From assembly GCA_965200315.1 (NCBI GenBank), contig OZ241362.1, positions 3,968,001 to 4,032,000 of the forward strand: DNA of 64,000 nucleotides, read 5' to 3'. The notes below the pieces were generated by a model. That model saw only the letters and a list, made by a program, of their open reading frames with translations. It had not been told where the DNA came from and searched no databases. Both the position numbers and the translations under genes were made by a program. This DNA is from Candidatus Latescibacterota bacterium. GTDB taxonomy: Bacteria; Latescibacterota; UBA2968; UBA8231. Below are positions 25,532-35,772 of this stretch, piece after piece (position 1 is the first letter of the stretch; every line of letters begins with the position of its first letter).

Positions 25532-26515
25532 TCAACACACCATGCCCCGCTTGGCGCGGATGCCGTGCGCGGGCGGATCGTCGCCGATCCAGCGGTCATC
25601 TATTGGCTCGTGGGAACGCTGGTAGCGCGTATCAGAAGACAGGCGAATGCAGTCCGTTTGGTTGTCTGAGCTGGCGTGCAACAGGTACATGCAGAAGACC
25701 AGCAAATCCCCCATCTGGTACTCGGCTGTCAGCCAGCGGCCCTGTAGCTCTTCGCGCACGGCAATCGCGTCGTGCGAGTAGGCCCCGGACGAGTTCCAGC
25801 GAATTTGCGTGCGTTCTTCTGGTGTCAGTTCGCGGGCCTGCTGCTGGGCAGCCGCGACGATTTGGCGTGCGGTAGGGCCGTCGTTTTCGCAAAACGCATC
25901 CACATCGGTCTGGCCGTAGCCTTGTTTCAGGGCTTCGTTCTTGTGCGACCCCTCTAACACCATTAGCCCCCCCATCTCGTAGGGCACATCGCTGAAGGGC
26001 GTCCACGACGTATAGAGCACTTTGGTGCCGCGGCCCATGTAGACGATGTCGCAATGCGGGGTCGTGGCCGTGTGCGTACCCGGCTGCTTAGCGCGGAACC
26101 AAGTGTAGTCGTAGTGCCTAACCGGGCCGCCTAAGAAGAATTCGTAAAAGTCCATCATCGGGCCATCGTAGAGGACCTGGTCCAGCGGCGGGTTGTTGTG
26201 CGCTAAAACGGGCATAAACGGGCCCGTGGCCGCCGGATTAATTTTCTTGCCCGTGGCCACGACGCCTTCCATGGGCGGTCGCGTTGGGTCTAGCACCCCG
26301 GACTTGCAGAGGCGATCGCACAATTCGGCCCGCGCCGCCAACACCTCGCGCCGATCCAAATACCCCGGCAAAAACAAATATCCCTCTTCTTCCATCCGCT
26401 CCCAAAGCGCGTCTCGATCGTCGATTATATCATCCGAGCGGCGGAGCTGGCCCACTTGATCCATCGCGATCGGCTTGCCGCTGTATGTGAGTTGAGGTAT
26501 AGCTGCCGTAGTCAT
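25532..26515 (-). CDS. Phytanoyl-CoA dioxygenase family (Fe/2OG) protein
   Basis: EEGYLFL, HCD, LLHASSDN, RLSSDTRYQ motifs. Confidence 0.88.
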   Translation of the reverse strand: MTTAAIPQLTYSGKPIAMDQVGQLRRSDDIIDDRDALWERMEEEGYLFLPGYLDRREVLAARAELCDRLCKSGVLDPTRPPMEGVVATGKKINPAATGPFMPVLAHNNPPLDQVLYDGPMMDFYEFFLGGPVRHYDYTWFRAKQPGTHTATTPHCDIVYMGRGTKVLYTSWTPFSDVPYEMGGLMVLEGSHKNEALKQGYGQTDVDAFCENDGPTARQIVAAAQQQARELTPEERTQIRWNSSGAYSHDAIAVREELQGRWLTAEYQMGDLLVFCMYLLHASSDNQTDCIRLSSDTRYQRSHEPIDDRWIGDDPPAHGIRAKRGMVC

Positions 26516-26634
26516 AGGTCGTCCTTTCTATATCTAAAATTACGCTACTACCCCTCGTAAGGAAACACCCGTTGACCGAAAGAAAGGGCGGAGTAACCTC
26601 CCCCTTTGCTCGAATGGGAAATGCAACATCTTGA

Positions 26635-26663
26635 TTGACCTAACGTGCCTTAACTATTACATT
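26635..26663 (+). promoter_or_regulatory. Sigma70 promoter for the carboxypeptidase gene
   Basis: TTGACC-N17-TACATT. Confidence 0.55.
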
Positions 26664-26711
26664 TAGACCCATCCCCCACAATCCCTATTGGCTTTTTGAG
26701 CGAGAGAAATA

Positions 26712-27842
26712 ATGTACATTCGTTCGCTATGTGTTGCTGTATGTTTGTCTTGGGTACCGCTTCAAGCTGCCGACTTTGACCCCGGCCCGAAGCCACCGTA
26801 TGCCACCGCCATTTTGCTCGAGGCCGAAAGCGGTACCGTCCTTTTTGCCCATCACCCAGATAGACAACGCTCGCCGGCCAGCACCCAAAAGCTGGTGCTC
26901 GAACTCGTGGTCTTGGAATTGGTCAAGGCTGGCAAGATTTCGCTAGAGGACTCGGTCTGGGTCTCTCGTCGCGCTGCGCGCACCGGCGGCTCTCAGGTTT
27001 TCTTGAGGAAGGGCGAGGTCTTTACGCTGGGGAAACTGATGGAGGCGGTGGCCATTTCTTCAGCCAACGATGCCTGCGTTGCCATTGCCGAGCACATCAG
27101 CGGCTCGACTGCTGGCTTTGTCGAACTTATGAACGATCGCGCCCAAAGCCTCGGGATGCACGACACGCGTGTTGTCAATGTTCACGGCCTCGACAACACT
27201 CCACGCGGCAAGGGCAACCTAAGCACGGCCCGCGACCTCTCCAAAATCGCCCGCGAGCTCATCTTCGCCCACCCGGAGGCCCTGCAATGGTCATCCACCC
27301 GCCGCAAGCCCTTCCGCAACGGCAAGTTTACGCTTCGCGCCACCAACAAGCTGCTGGGGCGGTTCCAAGGGCTTGACGGGCTAAAAACCGGCTATACGCG
27401 GCGCGCCGGCTCCTGTCTCGTTTCCACGGCCATGCGCCACGACATGCGCCTAATCTCTGTGATCTTGGGGGCCTCCTCTACGAACATCCGCAACCGGGAG
27501 ACTCGCCGCCTGCTAACTTGGGGCTTTGATAACTTCTCGCGCGTACCCATCGTCGAAACCGGCGAGCTGATGGGTAAAATCGTGCTCGACTGGGGAATAG
27601 AGCCAGAGGTGCGCGTCTTGGCCCAAGACACCGTAGTTGCCGTGCTCACCTCCGAACAGAAGGAGCAAATCGTCCGCCACTTAGAGCTACCCGAGGAACT
27701 TCCAGCACCAGTCGCTGCCGGCACTGAACTGGGCAAGCTGCGGGTCTCGCTGGGCGACAGCCTACTGGCCGTGGTGCCCATCCACGCCGAAAAGAGCATC
27801 GGCCGCATGGGGCTGTGGGACAAGCTGATGACGTATTTTTAA
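26712..27842 (+). CDS. D-alanyl-D-alanine carboxypeptidase (peptidase S11)
   Basis: Signal peptide; SxxK (ASTQK), SAN and KTG motifs; PBP5-like C-terminal domain. Confidence 0.92.
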   Translation: MYIRSLCVAVCLSWVPLQAADFDPGPKPPYATAILLEAESGTVLFAHHPDRQRSPASTQKLVLELVVLELVKAGKISLEDSVWVSRRAARTGGSQVFLRKGEVFTLGKLMEAVAISSANDACVAIAEHISGSTAGFVELMNDRAQSLGMHDTRVVNVHGLDNTPRGKGNLSTARDLSKIARELIFAHPEALQWSSTRRKPFRNGKFTLRATNKLLGRFQGLDGLKTGYTRRAGSCLVSTAMRHDMRLISVILGASSTNIRNRETRRLLTWGFDNFSRVPIVETGELMGKIVLDWGIEPEVRVLAQDTVVAVLTSEQKEQIVRHLELPEELPAPVAAGTELGKLRVSLGDSLLAVVPIHAEKSIGRMGLWDKLMTYF

Positions 27843-27848
27843 GCGCGG

Positions 27849-28274
27849 CTATTTGTGGTACCGCCCGCCGCTTAAAATGTCAAAGGACCGATACAAGGCT
27901 TCCAACAACAGCAGACGCGCTAGCTGATGAGAAAAAGTCAGCGGCGACAGCGACCACTGCTCTCGTATTTGAGATTCTACCCCCGCCGGCATTCCCTCAG
28001 CCTCTCCTATTGCCAGCACTAGATGTGAGCTTTGGTTCATCAGCCGCTGGAGCCGTTGCGCCAACTGCTCAGAAGTAAACGGCTCTCCTTCCACGTACAG
28101 CCCGACGACATAGGTCCCTTTCAACAGCCGGTCCGCCAAGCCGCCCCGCGCCTTGCCTCGGCAGAGCGCGACCCGTGCCTGCCGCGAGAGCCGCTTGATA
28201 TACTCCTGCTCGGCGGCTTCTAGTACTGGGTTGCGGTGTTTCTCGTAGGAGACAATGCTGATCTGCATCGGCAC
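27849..28274 (-). CDS. rlmH: 23S rRNA (pseudouridine1915-N3)-methyltransferase
   Basis: EYIKRL, SLSPLTFSHQLARLLLLEALYRS, YHK C-terminus; true start may be the ATG at 28268. Confidence 0.9.
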   Translation of the reverse strand: MPMQISIVSYEKHRNPVLEAAEQEYIKRLSRQARVALCRGKARGGLADRLLKGTYVVGLYVEGEPFTSEQLAQRLQRLMNQSSHLVLAIGEAEGMPAGVESQIREQWSLSPLTFSHQLARLLLLEALYRSFDILSGGRYHK

Positions 28275-29326
28275 TAGTAGTGATCTGGCGCAATCGACAA
28301 GGCCCGGTTCTCCAGCGGCAAGGCCACTCGCGCCCCACCCTGCCGATGCGACTCGACAATCGCGAAAATTAGCTCTTGGCTGCGACAGGCGAGGGGCAGA
28401 TTGCCTTGGGTTTCGCCGTCCTCGTCGAGTGCCCGGACGATGTCCTCCATCCCGCGCAGGGTGCCGCTCTCAACGATAGCCTCGGGCGCACCCACCGGGC
28501 GCAATTCCCCGTGTTCGTCTTTCTTGCGCAGGCTATAGCCCATCCCATTGCTCAGGGTGCGTAGCGTACCCTCGGTGCCGCTAATTTCCAATTCCCAGCC
28601 GGGCGCGCCCACCAAATAGGCGTGGACCTCGTTTTTGAACTTTACGTATCCATTGCTGATCCTCGGATCTATAGTCAACCGGTCTCCCTCCCAATCCGCA
28701 GCCTCTGCCTGTACCGTCCCCTGCGCGAATTCCGCCTCCGAGTCCAGCGCGAAAAAGAGCATCATGTCGGCCGCGTGTGTGTGCCCCCATTGCGCCACGC
28801 TGATCCCGCAGTTTGCCACAACCGCCTGCACCTCGCCGATGTCACCGCGCTCGATCATGGCGCGTGCATCGCGGTAGAGCGCGGCATAACGCCGCTGCGT
28901 ACCGTAGTTGAATTTGACGCCTCGCGGCATGCAGGCTTGCAGCATGGCGTCCATCTCGTGTACGGCGTTGCACAGCGACTTCTCGCAATAGATGCCTTTG
29001 ACGCCAGCTTCGGCAGCGAAAATCACCTGCTCGGCGTGCGGCCCCGGCCGGGTGGCAATGCTAACTACGTCGAGGTTTTCGCGCTCGATCATTTCCCTGT
29101 AGTCGGCGTACGCTCGTTGGGCACCGTAGCGGTCGCGGATGCGTTCGGCCTTCTCCTCAATCGGGTCGCAGACGGCGACCAGTTCCATCCGCTCGCAGGA
29201 GACGATTGCCGCGGCGTGCGAATACGGCAGAAAGAGCTGGGCATTGGGGCCGCCTTTGACTTCGTCGTCAATGGTGGCACCCATGCGCCCGCAGCCGATC
29301 AGTCCAACTCGATAGATAGTGGGCAT
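28274..29326 (-). CDS. Gfo/Idh/MocA family oxidoreductase
   Basis: GLIGCGRMG, CEK, THAAD motifs; RBS GAGGAG. Confidence 0.88.
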   Translation of the reverse strand: MPTIYRVGLIGCGRMGATIDDEVKGGPNAQLFLPYSHAAAIVSCERMELVAVCDPIEEKAERIRDRYGAQRAYADYREMIERENLDVVSIATRPGPHAEQVIFAAEAGVKGIYCEKSLCNAVHEMDAMLQACMPRGVKFNYGTQRRYAALYRDARAMIERGDIGEVQAVVANCGISVAQWGHTHAADMMLFFALDSEAEFAQGTVQAEAADWEGDRLTIDPRISNGYVKFKNEVHAYLVGAPGWELEISGTEGTLRTLSNGMGYSLRKKDEHGELRPVGAPEAIVESGTLRGMEDIVRALDEDGETQGNLPLACRSQELIFAIVESHRQGGARVALPLENRALSIAPDHY

Positions 29327-29349
29327 TTTGCTCTCCTCTTTGCGCCATG

Positions 29350-29378
29350 TTGACGCAGTTGGTATGCTGGAATATATT
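29350..29378 (+). promoter_or_regulatory. Sigma70 promoter of tRNA-Val(GAC)
   Basis: TTGACG-N17-TATATT. Confidence 0.6.
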
Positions 29379-29407
29379 ATTGACCCGTCTGTAATTAGAC
29401 AACACGA

Positions 29408-29484
29408 GGGCGATTAGCTCAGCTGGCTAGAGCGCCTGCTTGACATGCAGGAGGTCACTAGTTCAAGTCTAGTATCGCCCACCA
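29408..29484 (+). tRNA. tRNA-Val (GAC)
   Basis: Cloverleaf GGGCGAT…ATCGCCC-ACCA; anticodon arm CCTGC-TT-GAC-AT-GCAGG; T-loop GTTCAAG. Confidence 0.97.
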
Positions 29485-29490
29485 TCTTCT

Positions 29491-29521
29491 AAGCCCCTGA
29501 TTTTTCAGGGGCTTTCTTTTT
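29491..29521 (+). terminator. Intrinsic terminator after tRNA-Val
   Basis: AAGCCCCTGA-TTTT-TCAGGGGCTT followed by a T-run. Confidence 0.8.
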
Positions 29522-29821
29522 ATTCCCTATCAGAGCGTAGATTTGGCGATCAGCAAGCAAGCATTTATAGAAGCCTCCAAGGCAAAGCCGACCTTTACTG
29601 CTGAGCAGGGAGCAGTGGCTGGATGACTTGGAAAGTGGATTAAAAAGCCTTGTGGATTCCTGAGGTTCGGGGGCGCATAAACGTGGAACTCCGTCCCAAA
29701 CTGACTTCTAAGAGTCAAATGTCATTCTTCGCGTAACAAGCAGTTACAACTGCGCCACATACGCGGCTTGTCCCTGCGGGCAACCTGCTTCGCAGGTTCA
29801 GTAACTGCAAGACAATGTCTG

Positions 29822-30050
29822 ATGAAGCAGAAACAACATGAGCCTAAGAAAGTGGCGATTTTGGCCTTCGCCGTGCTGTGTGGGATTGCAGGGTTTTGCA
29901 GCCATGGGGCGGCCCAAGAAAATTGGTGGCGGCTCGGAGGAGAGAGCAGCGTTTCTTGGACGGAAGTAGCGGATTTCAGCCTGATGACGGACGACTCGAC
30001 CGCCGCCGGGGCACTCCAGCCTTTAGAACTCAAGCCGGGACAGCGAGGAT
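29822..30050 (+). pseudogene. N-terminal fragment of a secreted protein
   Basis: Signal-peptide-like MKQKQHEPKKVAILAFAVLCGIAG…AAQENWWRLGGE, after which the sequence degenerates. Confidence 0.4.
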
Positions 30051-30527
30051 CCGTGAACATCTACGGACTTGATTCTCTTGATTCTCTACATCTGCTAACA
30101 ACCTGTCGCCGCTGCGCCGCCTACGGCAACCTAGCTGGTGTTAGGTCCGGCAACAGGCAAAACGTTAAAAGACAGCAAGAATGAGCAACTCCATCGCCGA
30201 GTGTTCAGTGGCCTATTCCGACGAATCCTCAACCTATTGACTGAGATATCGGGAGAGCCCAAAGCAAGCGATCAGACTATGGATGTCTGCTGAGCACCCA
30301 CGGTTCTGGCCATTCGGCCTCCACACAATCTACCTGCGGCAGGTTCGTGGGTGCCGGAAACGATATATGAAATGAAAAAAAATAATCGCCCCTCGCTGGC
30401 CAAGCGGCCCTGTCGCTTTTGCCGGTGCAAAAACAGCATACTCCACTTCCATAAAATCTCAATAGCACTCATTCTGAGCTTTCCCCTACTGGGGGAATCG
30501 ACGACGAAGTTGAGCAAAGGAGCGATC

Positions 30528-31952
30528 ATGTTCGAGCGGATCGGCAAAGGTATCAACGTGGATGTCTCCCATCTTGAAGGTGGTCCACCCGAAAAGGTGT
30601 TGTACGATCCTGCCCAGTATGATGCCGTCAAGGCAGCGGGATTCCAAAGCATCCGCTTCTTCGTTGTCGCTGGAGAAGATCCTGCTCTCTACAAAACTAG
30701 GATACAGGACGCGCTTAACCGAGGTCTTGCTGTCGTGATCTGCTTGTGGGGGAGTGGTCAATGGGTATCGAAGCCGAAAGAGGGGATCGAGGAGTTTGTC
30801 GCAATTTGGGATAGAATTGCTCAGTACTACAAGGACTACCCCGGCAGCCTTGTCTTTGAACTTTGGAACGAACCGGCGGGGCTGATAGTGAAACCGGAAG
30901 GGATTCAGGGGATAAGGGACGGCAAAACCGTCATGGAATACCTCAACTCGGCGATCCCCACCATCAGGAAGACCAACCCAGACCGCATTCTCGGAATCGG
31001 CGGACCGGGCTTTAACGGGGGTCGTGAACTCGCAGAATTCGTCACACCGGAATATCTGACGTACAGGCTAAAAGACAGCTCGGGGTTTGCCGACGACGCC
31101 AATATCATCGGCATCTTCCACCTGTATCAACCTCACAAGTTCACGCATGGAACCTCGGGGCTAGACGAAGTTCCGGGATGGAAGGATGAAGTGAGAGAGC
31201 AGCTATCGCACCCGGTGGCATGGTCGAAGAAATGGAGGAAACCTCTGCTTCTAAGCGAATGGGGCGCTTGGGTGCCGCCCTGCCACACGGTTGAAGACTT
31301 CAAGGCCTATATTGGGTTTGTGACCGACGAATGCAAGAAACACAATATCGGCTGGATGTATTATTGTGCAGGGTTCAACAACCAATGGGCCTTCAACATT
31401 CTCAATACCGAGGATGGTTGGAACCAAGACGCACTTGATATTCTTACGGAAGTAACGGCCCCTCCGCCCCCGCCTATGTCGCCACTGATCAATTCGGAGT
31501 TCAGCCGCGGGACCGATCACTGGACCAGCAAAGGGTCCGTGCAGATGTCCGTGGTGAGGAGCGCAGGCCTGAGCGGCCTAGCCGCACTCAAAGTAGAAAT
31601 CGAAAAATCGGACCGTGCCGAAATCTATCAAGAAACCCCCAAGAGAGAGTGGAGTCCTCCGGGTAGGTCCCTGATCTCCTTGAGAAAGGGGAGGCTCTAT
31701 AAGCTATCCTTCTTGGCCAAGTCCGTGGGTGGGATGGGAACTCTCAAGGTGCGATTGGCCGACGTCTCCGGTCCGAGCGATGGATTTTGGACATCCAAGC
31801 CGGTGACAATCTCGAACGCAAAAAGGGAATATACGATTCAGTACAAGCATACTGGCAGGAATGTAAGAGATGTTCGGGTGGCGTTCCTGTTTGGCGACAG
31901 AGACCAAGTTCTCCTGCTAGATCGAATTGCACTGCACGGCTATCGGGAATAG
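30528..31952 (+). CDS. Glycoside hydrolase family 5 with C-terminal CBM4/9-like domain
   Basis: GFQSIRF, FELWNEP (acid/base), FHLY, SEWG (nucleophile); Pro-rich linker then INSEF…W beta-sandwich; RBS AGGAG before ATG 30528. Confidence 0.85.
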   Translation: MFERIGKGINVDVSHLEGGPPEKVLYDPAQYDAVKAAGFQSIRFFVVAGEDPALYKTRIQDALNRGLAVVICLWGSGQWVSKPKEGIEEFVAIWDRIAQYYKDYPGSLVFELWNEPAGLIVKPEGIQGIRDGKTVMEYLNSAIPTIRKTNPDRILGIGGPGFNGGRELAEFVTPEYLTYRLKDSSGFADDANIIGIFHLYQPHKFTHGTSGLDEVPGWKDEVREQLSHPVAWSKKWRKPLLLSEWGAWVPPCHTVEDFKAYIGFVTDECKKHNIGWMYYCAGFNNQWAFNILNTEDGWNQDALDILTEVTAPPPPPMSPLINSEFSRGTDHWTSKGSVQMSVVRSAGLSGLAALKVEIEKSDRAEIYQETPKREWSPPGRSLISLRKGRLYKLSFLAKSVGGMGTLKVRLADVSGPSDGFWTSKPVTISNAKREYTIQYKHTGRNVRDVRVAFLFGDRDQVLLLDRIALHGYRE

Positions 31953-31982
31953 GTAGCAGCTTCACTTGATGCTGCCTTATCA

Positions 31983-32537
31983 TCAGGGCTTGACGAGTCT
32001 GAAGGACGCGAAAAATCGCTCGATATCCGAGGGGTCGTCAAACGCGGACGGCACTCCGACCGCCATCAAGCTGTAGAGCCGCTGGCCCACCTGTAGGCTC
32101 TGCATTCGCAACAGGCTTTCGTCGGTAGCTTGTATCTGCGTCTGCCAAGCGGGATGACCGTCCATCTCAATAGCGGCCTCCAACAGGATCGTCCCTTGCA
32201 CCTTCTGCAAGATCGCATCTCGGCGCGCGGCAATCGCGCTATCGGCTTGGATGGCCTCGGGCACATCCCCGTAGGCAATGGCGTATTGCACGTCGGCGCG
32301 CTCGAACATCAGGTATTGGAACTCTACCTCGCCAAAGGCCAACGGCTCGCGCAGCTTGCGCAGATTGGGCCGGCCAGCCGTCTGCACTGCGAAAGCCCCC
32401 GGCTCATAGAGCTGCTCCTCCCATTCCGGCTCGCCGCGCACCCAATTGACGACATTGTAGGCGACAATGGCCCCTAGGACGACGAAGAAGAGCTTGACGG
32501 ACAATAGGTCCGTTTTGGTCTTAGGCTCTCGTCCCAT
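31983..32537 (-). CDS. Hypothetical membrane-anchored protein
   Basis: Single N-terminal transmembrane helix; C-terminal ERFFASFRL; overlaps the upstream gene. Confidence 0.65.
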   Translation of the reverse strand: MGREPKTKTDLLSVKLFFVVLGAIVAYNVVNWVRGEPEWEEQLYEPGAFAVQTAGRPNLRKLREPLAFGEVEFQYLMFERADVQYAIAYGDVPEAIQADSAIAARRDAILQKVQGTILLEAAIEMDGHPAWQTQIQATDESLLRMQSLQVGQRLYSLMAVGVPSAFDDPSDIERFFASFRLVKP

Positions 32538-33363
32538 TTTGGCTCAGGCCAGCCCTAGCTTGCTCTTCGGCGCTGTCTGCGGGAATATAGCCCAAGACTT
32601 GGCGCGAATGGTCGATATCGACCCAGCGCCAGCGGTTGTTGGACACTCCGTAAAAAATATCAAAGCGCAAGTCCGCAGGCGCTTCGATGGCGCGCTGCAC
32701 GAGTTGTACCACGTCGCGCTGGCTGCACCAGATGGCCCCGCCCCGCTCGTCGCGCGGGTGGTCTTCGGCATTGACCCAGCCGATGCGCAGACAAGGCACC
32801 GACACATTGTGTACGTCGGCGTAGTAGCGCGCCAGGGCTTCGCCCCAGATCTTGGTCGCCGGATAGAGGCCAGTGGGCCGATGCGGCCATTCGTGGGTCA
32901 CGACCTGTAGCTGACCAACATCGACCGCGTCGAAGCGCCCTTCGGAGATGGCCTTGTACGGGTCCTCCTGCTGGTAGCCCCAAGACACCATGATCGAACT
33001 GGCGAGGACCACGCGCCTGACGCCAGCACGACACGCAGCCTCCAGCACATTGCGCGGCCCAACGATATTGCTGCCGAGCAGACTCTCCCAACTAGCGTCT
33101 GGCCGCGGATCGGCTGCCAGTTGCACGACCACGTCCATGCCCGCGACGGCTTTGGCTATCGCGCTGTAATCGGTCAGGTCTGCGAGGATGAATTTCTCCT
33201 CGGGAATTCCCATATCTGCGTCCCTAGGTGCCCGCTCCGAGAGCTGGGATCGCCTCGCCAAGCCATAGAGGTCATAGCGGTCGGGTTGGGTGCTCAAATG
33301 CCGATACACGGCCCCGGCGATCAATCCGCAGACGCCGGTAATTAAGACTTTTCTGGGGGCCAT
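32521..33363 (-). CDS. NAD-dependent epimerase/dehydratase (uronate dehydrogenase-like)
   Basis: VLITGVCGLIA, LASS, YPATK, LRIG motifs. Confidence 0.85.
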   Translation of the reverse strand: MAPRKVLITGVCGLIAGAVYRHLSTQPDRYDLYGLARRSQLSERAPRDADMGIPEEKFILADLTDYSAIAKAVAGMDVVVQLAADPRPDASWESLLGSNIVGPRNVLEAACRAGVRRVVLASSIMVSWGYQQEDPYKAISEGRFDAVDVGQLQVVTHEWPHRPTGLYPATKIWGEALARYYADVHNVSVPCLRIGWVNAEDHPRDERGGAIWCSQRDVVQLVQRAIEAPADLRFDIFYGVSNNRWRWVDIDHSRQVLGYIPADSAEEQARAGLSQNGTRA

Positions 33364-33929
33364 TGCTCTGGTTCTCCTCTGGCGTGTTCAATTACAGCAA
33401 TGTGGCGCAGGGCGCGGTAACGCTGGGCGCAGTCCATGCCGTAGCCGACGACGAACGCGTCTTCAATTTCAAAACCACAGTAATCTAGCGGCACTGGAAA
33501 CTCCCTGCGGGCGCGTTTGTCCAGCAGCGCACATACTCTGAGTGAAAGGGGTTGCTGCGACTTTAGCTTGGCCAGCACAAAATCTAGGGATCGGCCCGTA
33601 TCAACCATGCCATCGACGATTAGTACGTCCCGTCCGGCCGCTGCGACAACGAGGTCTTTGGTCAACTTGATCTGCCCGGTACTCTCCGTGCCCTGATAGC
33701 TCGAAACACCGATGAAGTCGTAGTCCAACCGCTCCGACAGCTCCTCGGGCAAGTGGTCTATCAGGGCCATCATAAACTGCACTGCTCCGTTGAGGAGGCC
33801 GACAAATAAGGGAGACGACCCAACGTAGTCGGCGGCCAGTTCTTGGGCCAACTCGCCGATGCGCCGTTCTACTTGCTGGCGCTTGATCAGCACCTTTAAG
33901 ACGGGAGTTTCCAACGGACTGCGAGGCAT
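33342..33929 (-). CDS. hpt: Hypoxanthine phosphoribosyltransferase
   Basis: GLLNGA, VSSY, LIVDGMVDTGRSL, FVVGYGMD; start set at MPRSP. Confidence 0.88.
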   Translation of the reverse strand: MPRSPLETPVLKVLIKRQQVERRIGELAQELAADYVGSSPLFVGLLNGAVQFMMALIDHLPEELSERLDYDFIGVSSYQGTESTGQIKLTKDLVVAAAGRDVLIVDGMVDTGRSLDFVLAKLKSQQPLSLRVCALLDKRARREFPVPLDYCGFEIEDAFVVGYGMDCAQRYRALRHIAVIEHARGEPEQWPPEKS

Positions 33930-33962
33930 GTCTTTGATTATACGGCATGGACTGCTTTTTGC

Positions 33963-33997
33963 AAACAAAAGGCACCGGAGCAAAAACTCCGATGCCC
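33963..33997 (-). terminator. Intrinsic terminator downstream of the recA-linked small gene
   Basis: Minus strand GGGCATCGGAG-TTTTTG-CTCCGGTGCCT followed by TTTGTTT. Confidence 0.65.
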
Positions 33998-34050
33998 ATG
34001 TTGGCCCGCTCTAAAAGCGGGTTGTGTGGCGGCTTGAGCTCAGCCGAAGG

Positions 34051-34314
34051 TCAGGCAGCTTGACGGGTGTTGTGCGGCACTTCCGGTTCCTGACCTAAGA
34101 GCGCCTCAGCGGGGATGCTCGGTTGCTCGGGCACCTTCAGGGAGGTAGCTGCAACCAAGGCACTCAGTTTATCGGCACTGGACATATCGAGCTCGCCGCG
34201 CTGATAGGCAGCGTCGATGTGTTCGCACAACAACTCCAAGTCGGCCCAAGAGCGGGCTTGCCCAATGCGCGCCTGCAAGGGGATGGCCGCGGGGCTTAGT
34301 CTGGCAGTCTGCAT
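34051..34314 (-). CDS. Hypothetical 87-aa helical protein downstream of recA
   Basis: Strong RBS AAGGAGGT; host-like codon usage; followed by a terminator. Confidence 0.65.
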   Translation of the reverse strand: MQTARLSPAAIPLQARIGQARSWADLELLCEHIDAAYQRGELDMSSADKLSALVAATSLKVPEQPSIPAEALLGQEPEVPHNTRQAA

Positions 34315-34429
34315 GATTTCACCTCCTTGGGGGAGTTAAGGAGTACGCGCGGGTGCGAGGTGCTGTGGCCGCTTTGGCGTGGGGCCACCAGAGCAAACCT
34401 TGGCACCTCGACCCGCGAGAGCGCAGAGG

Positions 34430-35512
<1,083 letters not shown>

Positions 35513-35571
35513 GATTTCCTCCTCGCGTGTTCTATAAATAAGACGTTCATTAACACCGCCACCTGAACAAA

Positions 35572-35600
35572 AAAATAGTGAATCAATGTTCAGGTGTCAA
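35572..35600 (-). promoter_or_regulatory. recA sigma70 promoter with a putative LexA (GAAC-N4-GTTC type) operator in the spacer
   Basis: Minus strand TTGACA-N17-TATTTT; GAAT-CAAT-GTTC at 35580-35591. Confidence 0.6.
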
Positions 35601-35772
35601 GTGTTTTTTAATTGAAGCAGATTAAACTGCTCTAGCTGCTTACAACAAATGCCGTGCCAAGCGGCAAGAATATGTGCAATTTATTGTTTAATAATATGTT
35701 AGAAGAGCGAGAGGAATGCTGCAAAAAGCAAAAATTGGTAACTGCGCGAAACAGCACTGTAAAGAAAAGGGG

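Noticed and set aside
26520-26630. Hairpin AAAGGGCGGAG-TAAC-CTCCCCCTTT upstream of the PhyH gene as a possible riboswitch
   Set aside because: A single stem with no recognisable aptamer consensus; insufficient support.
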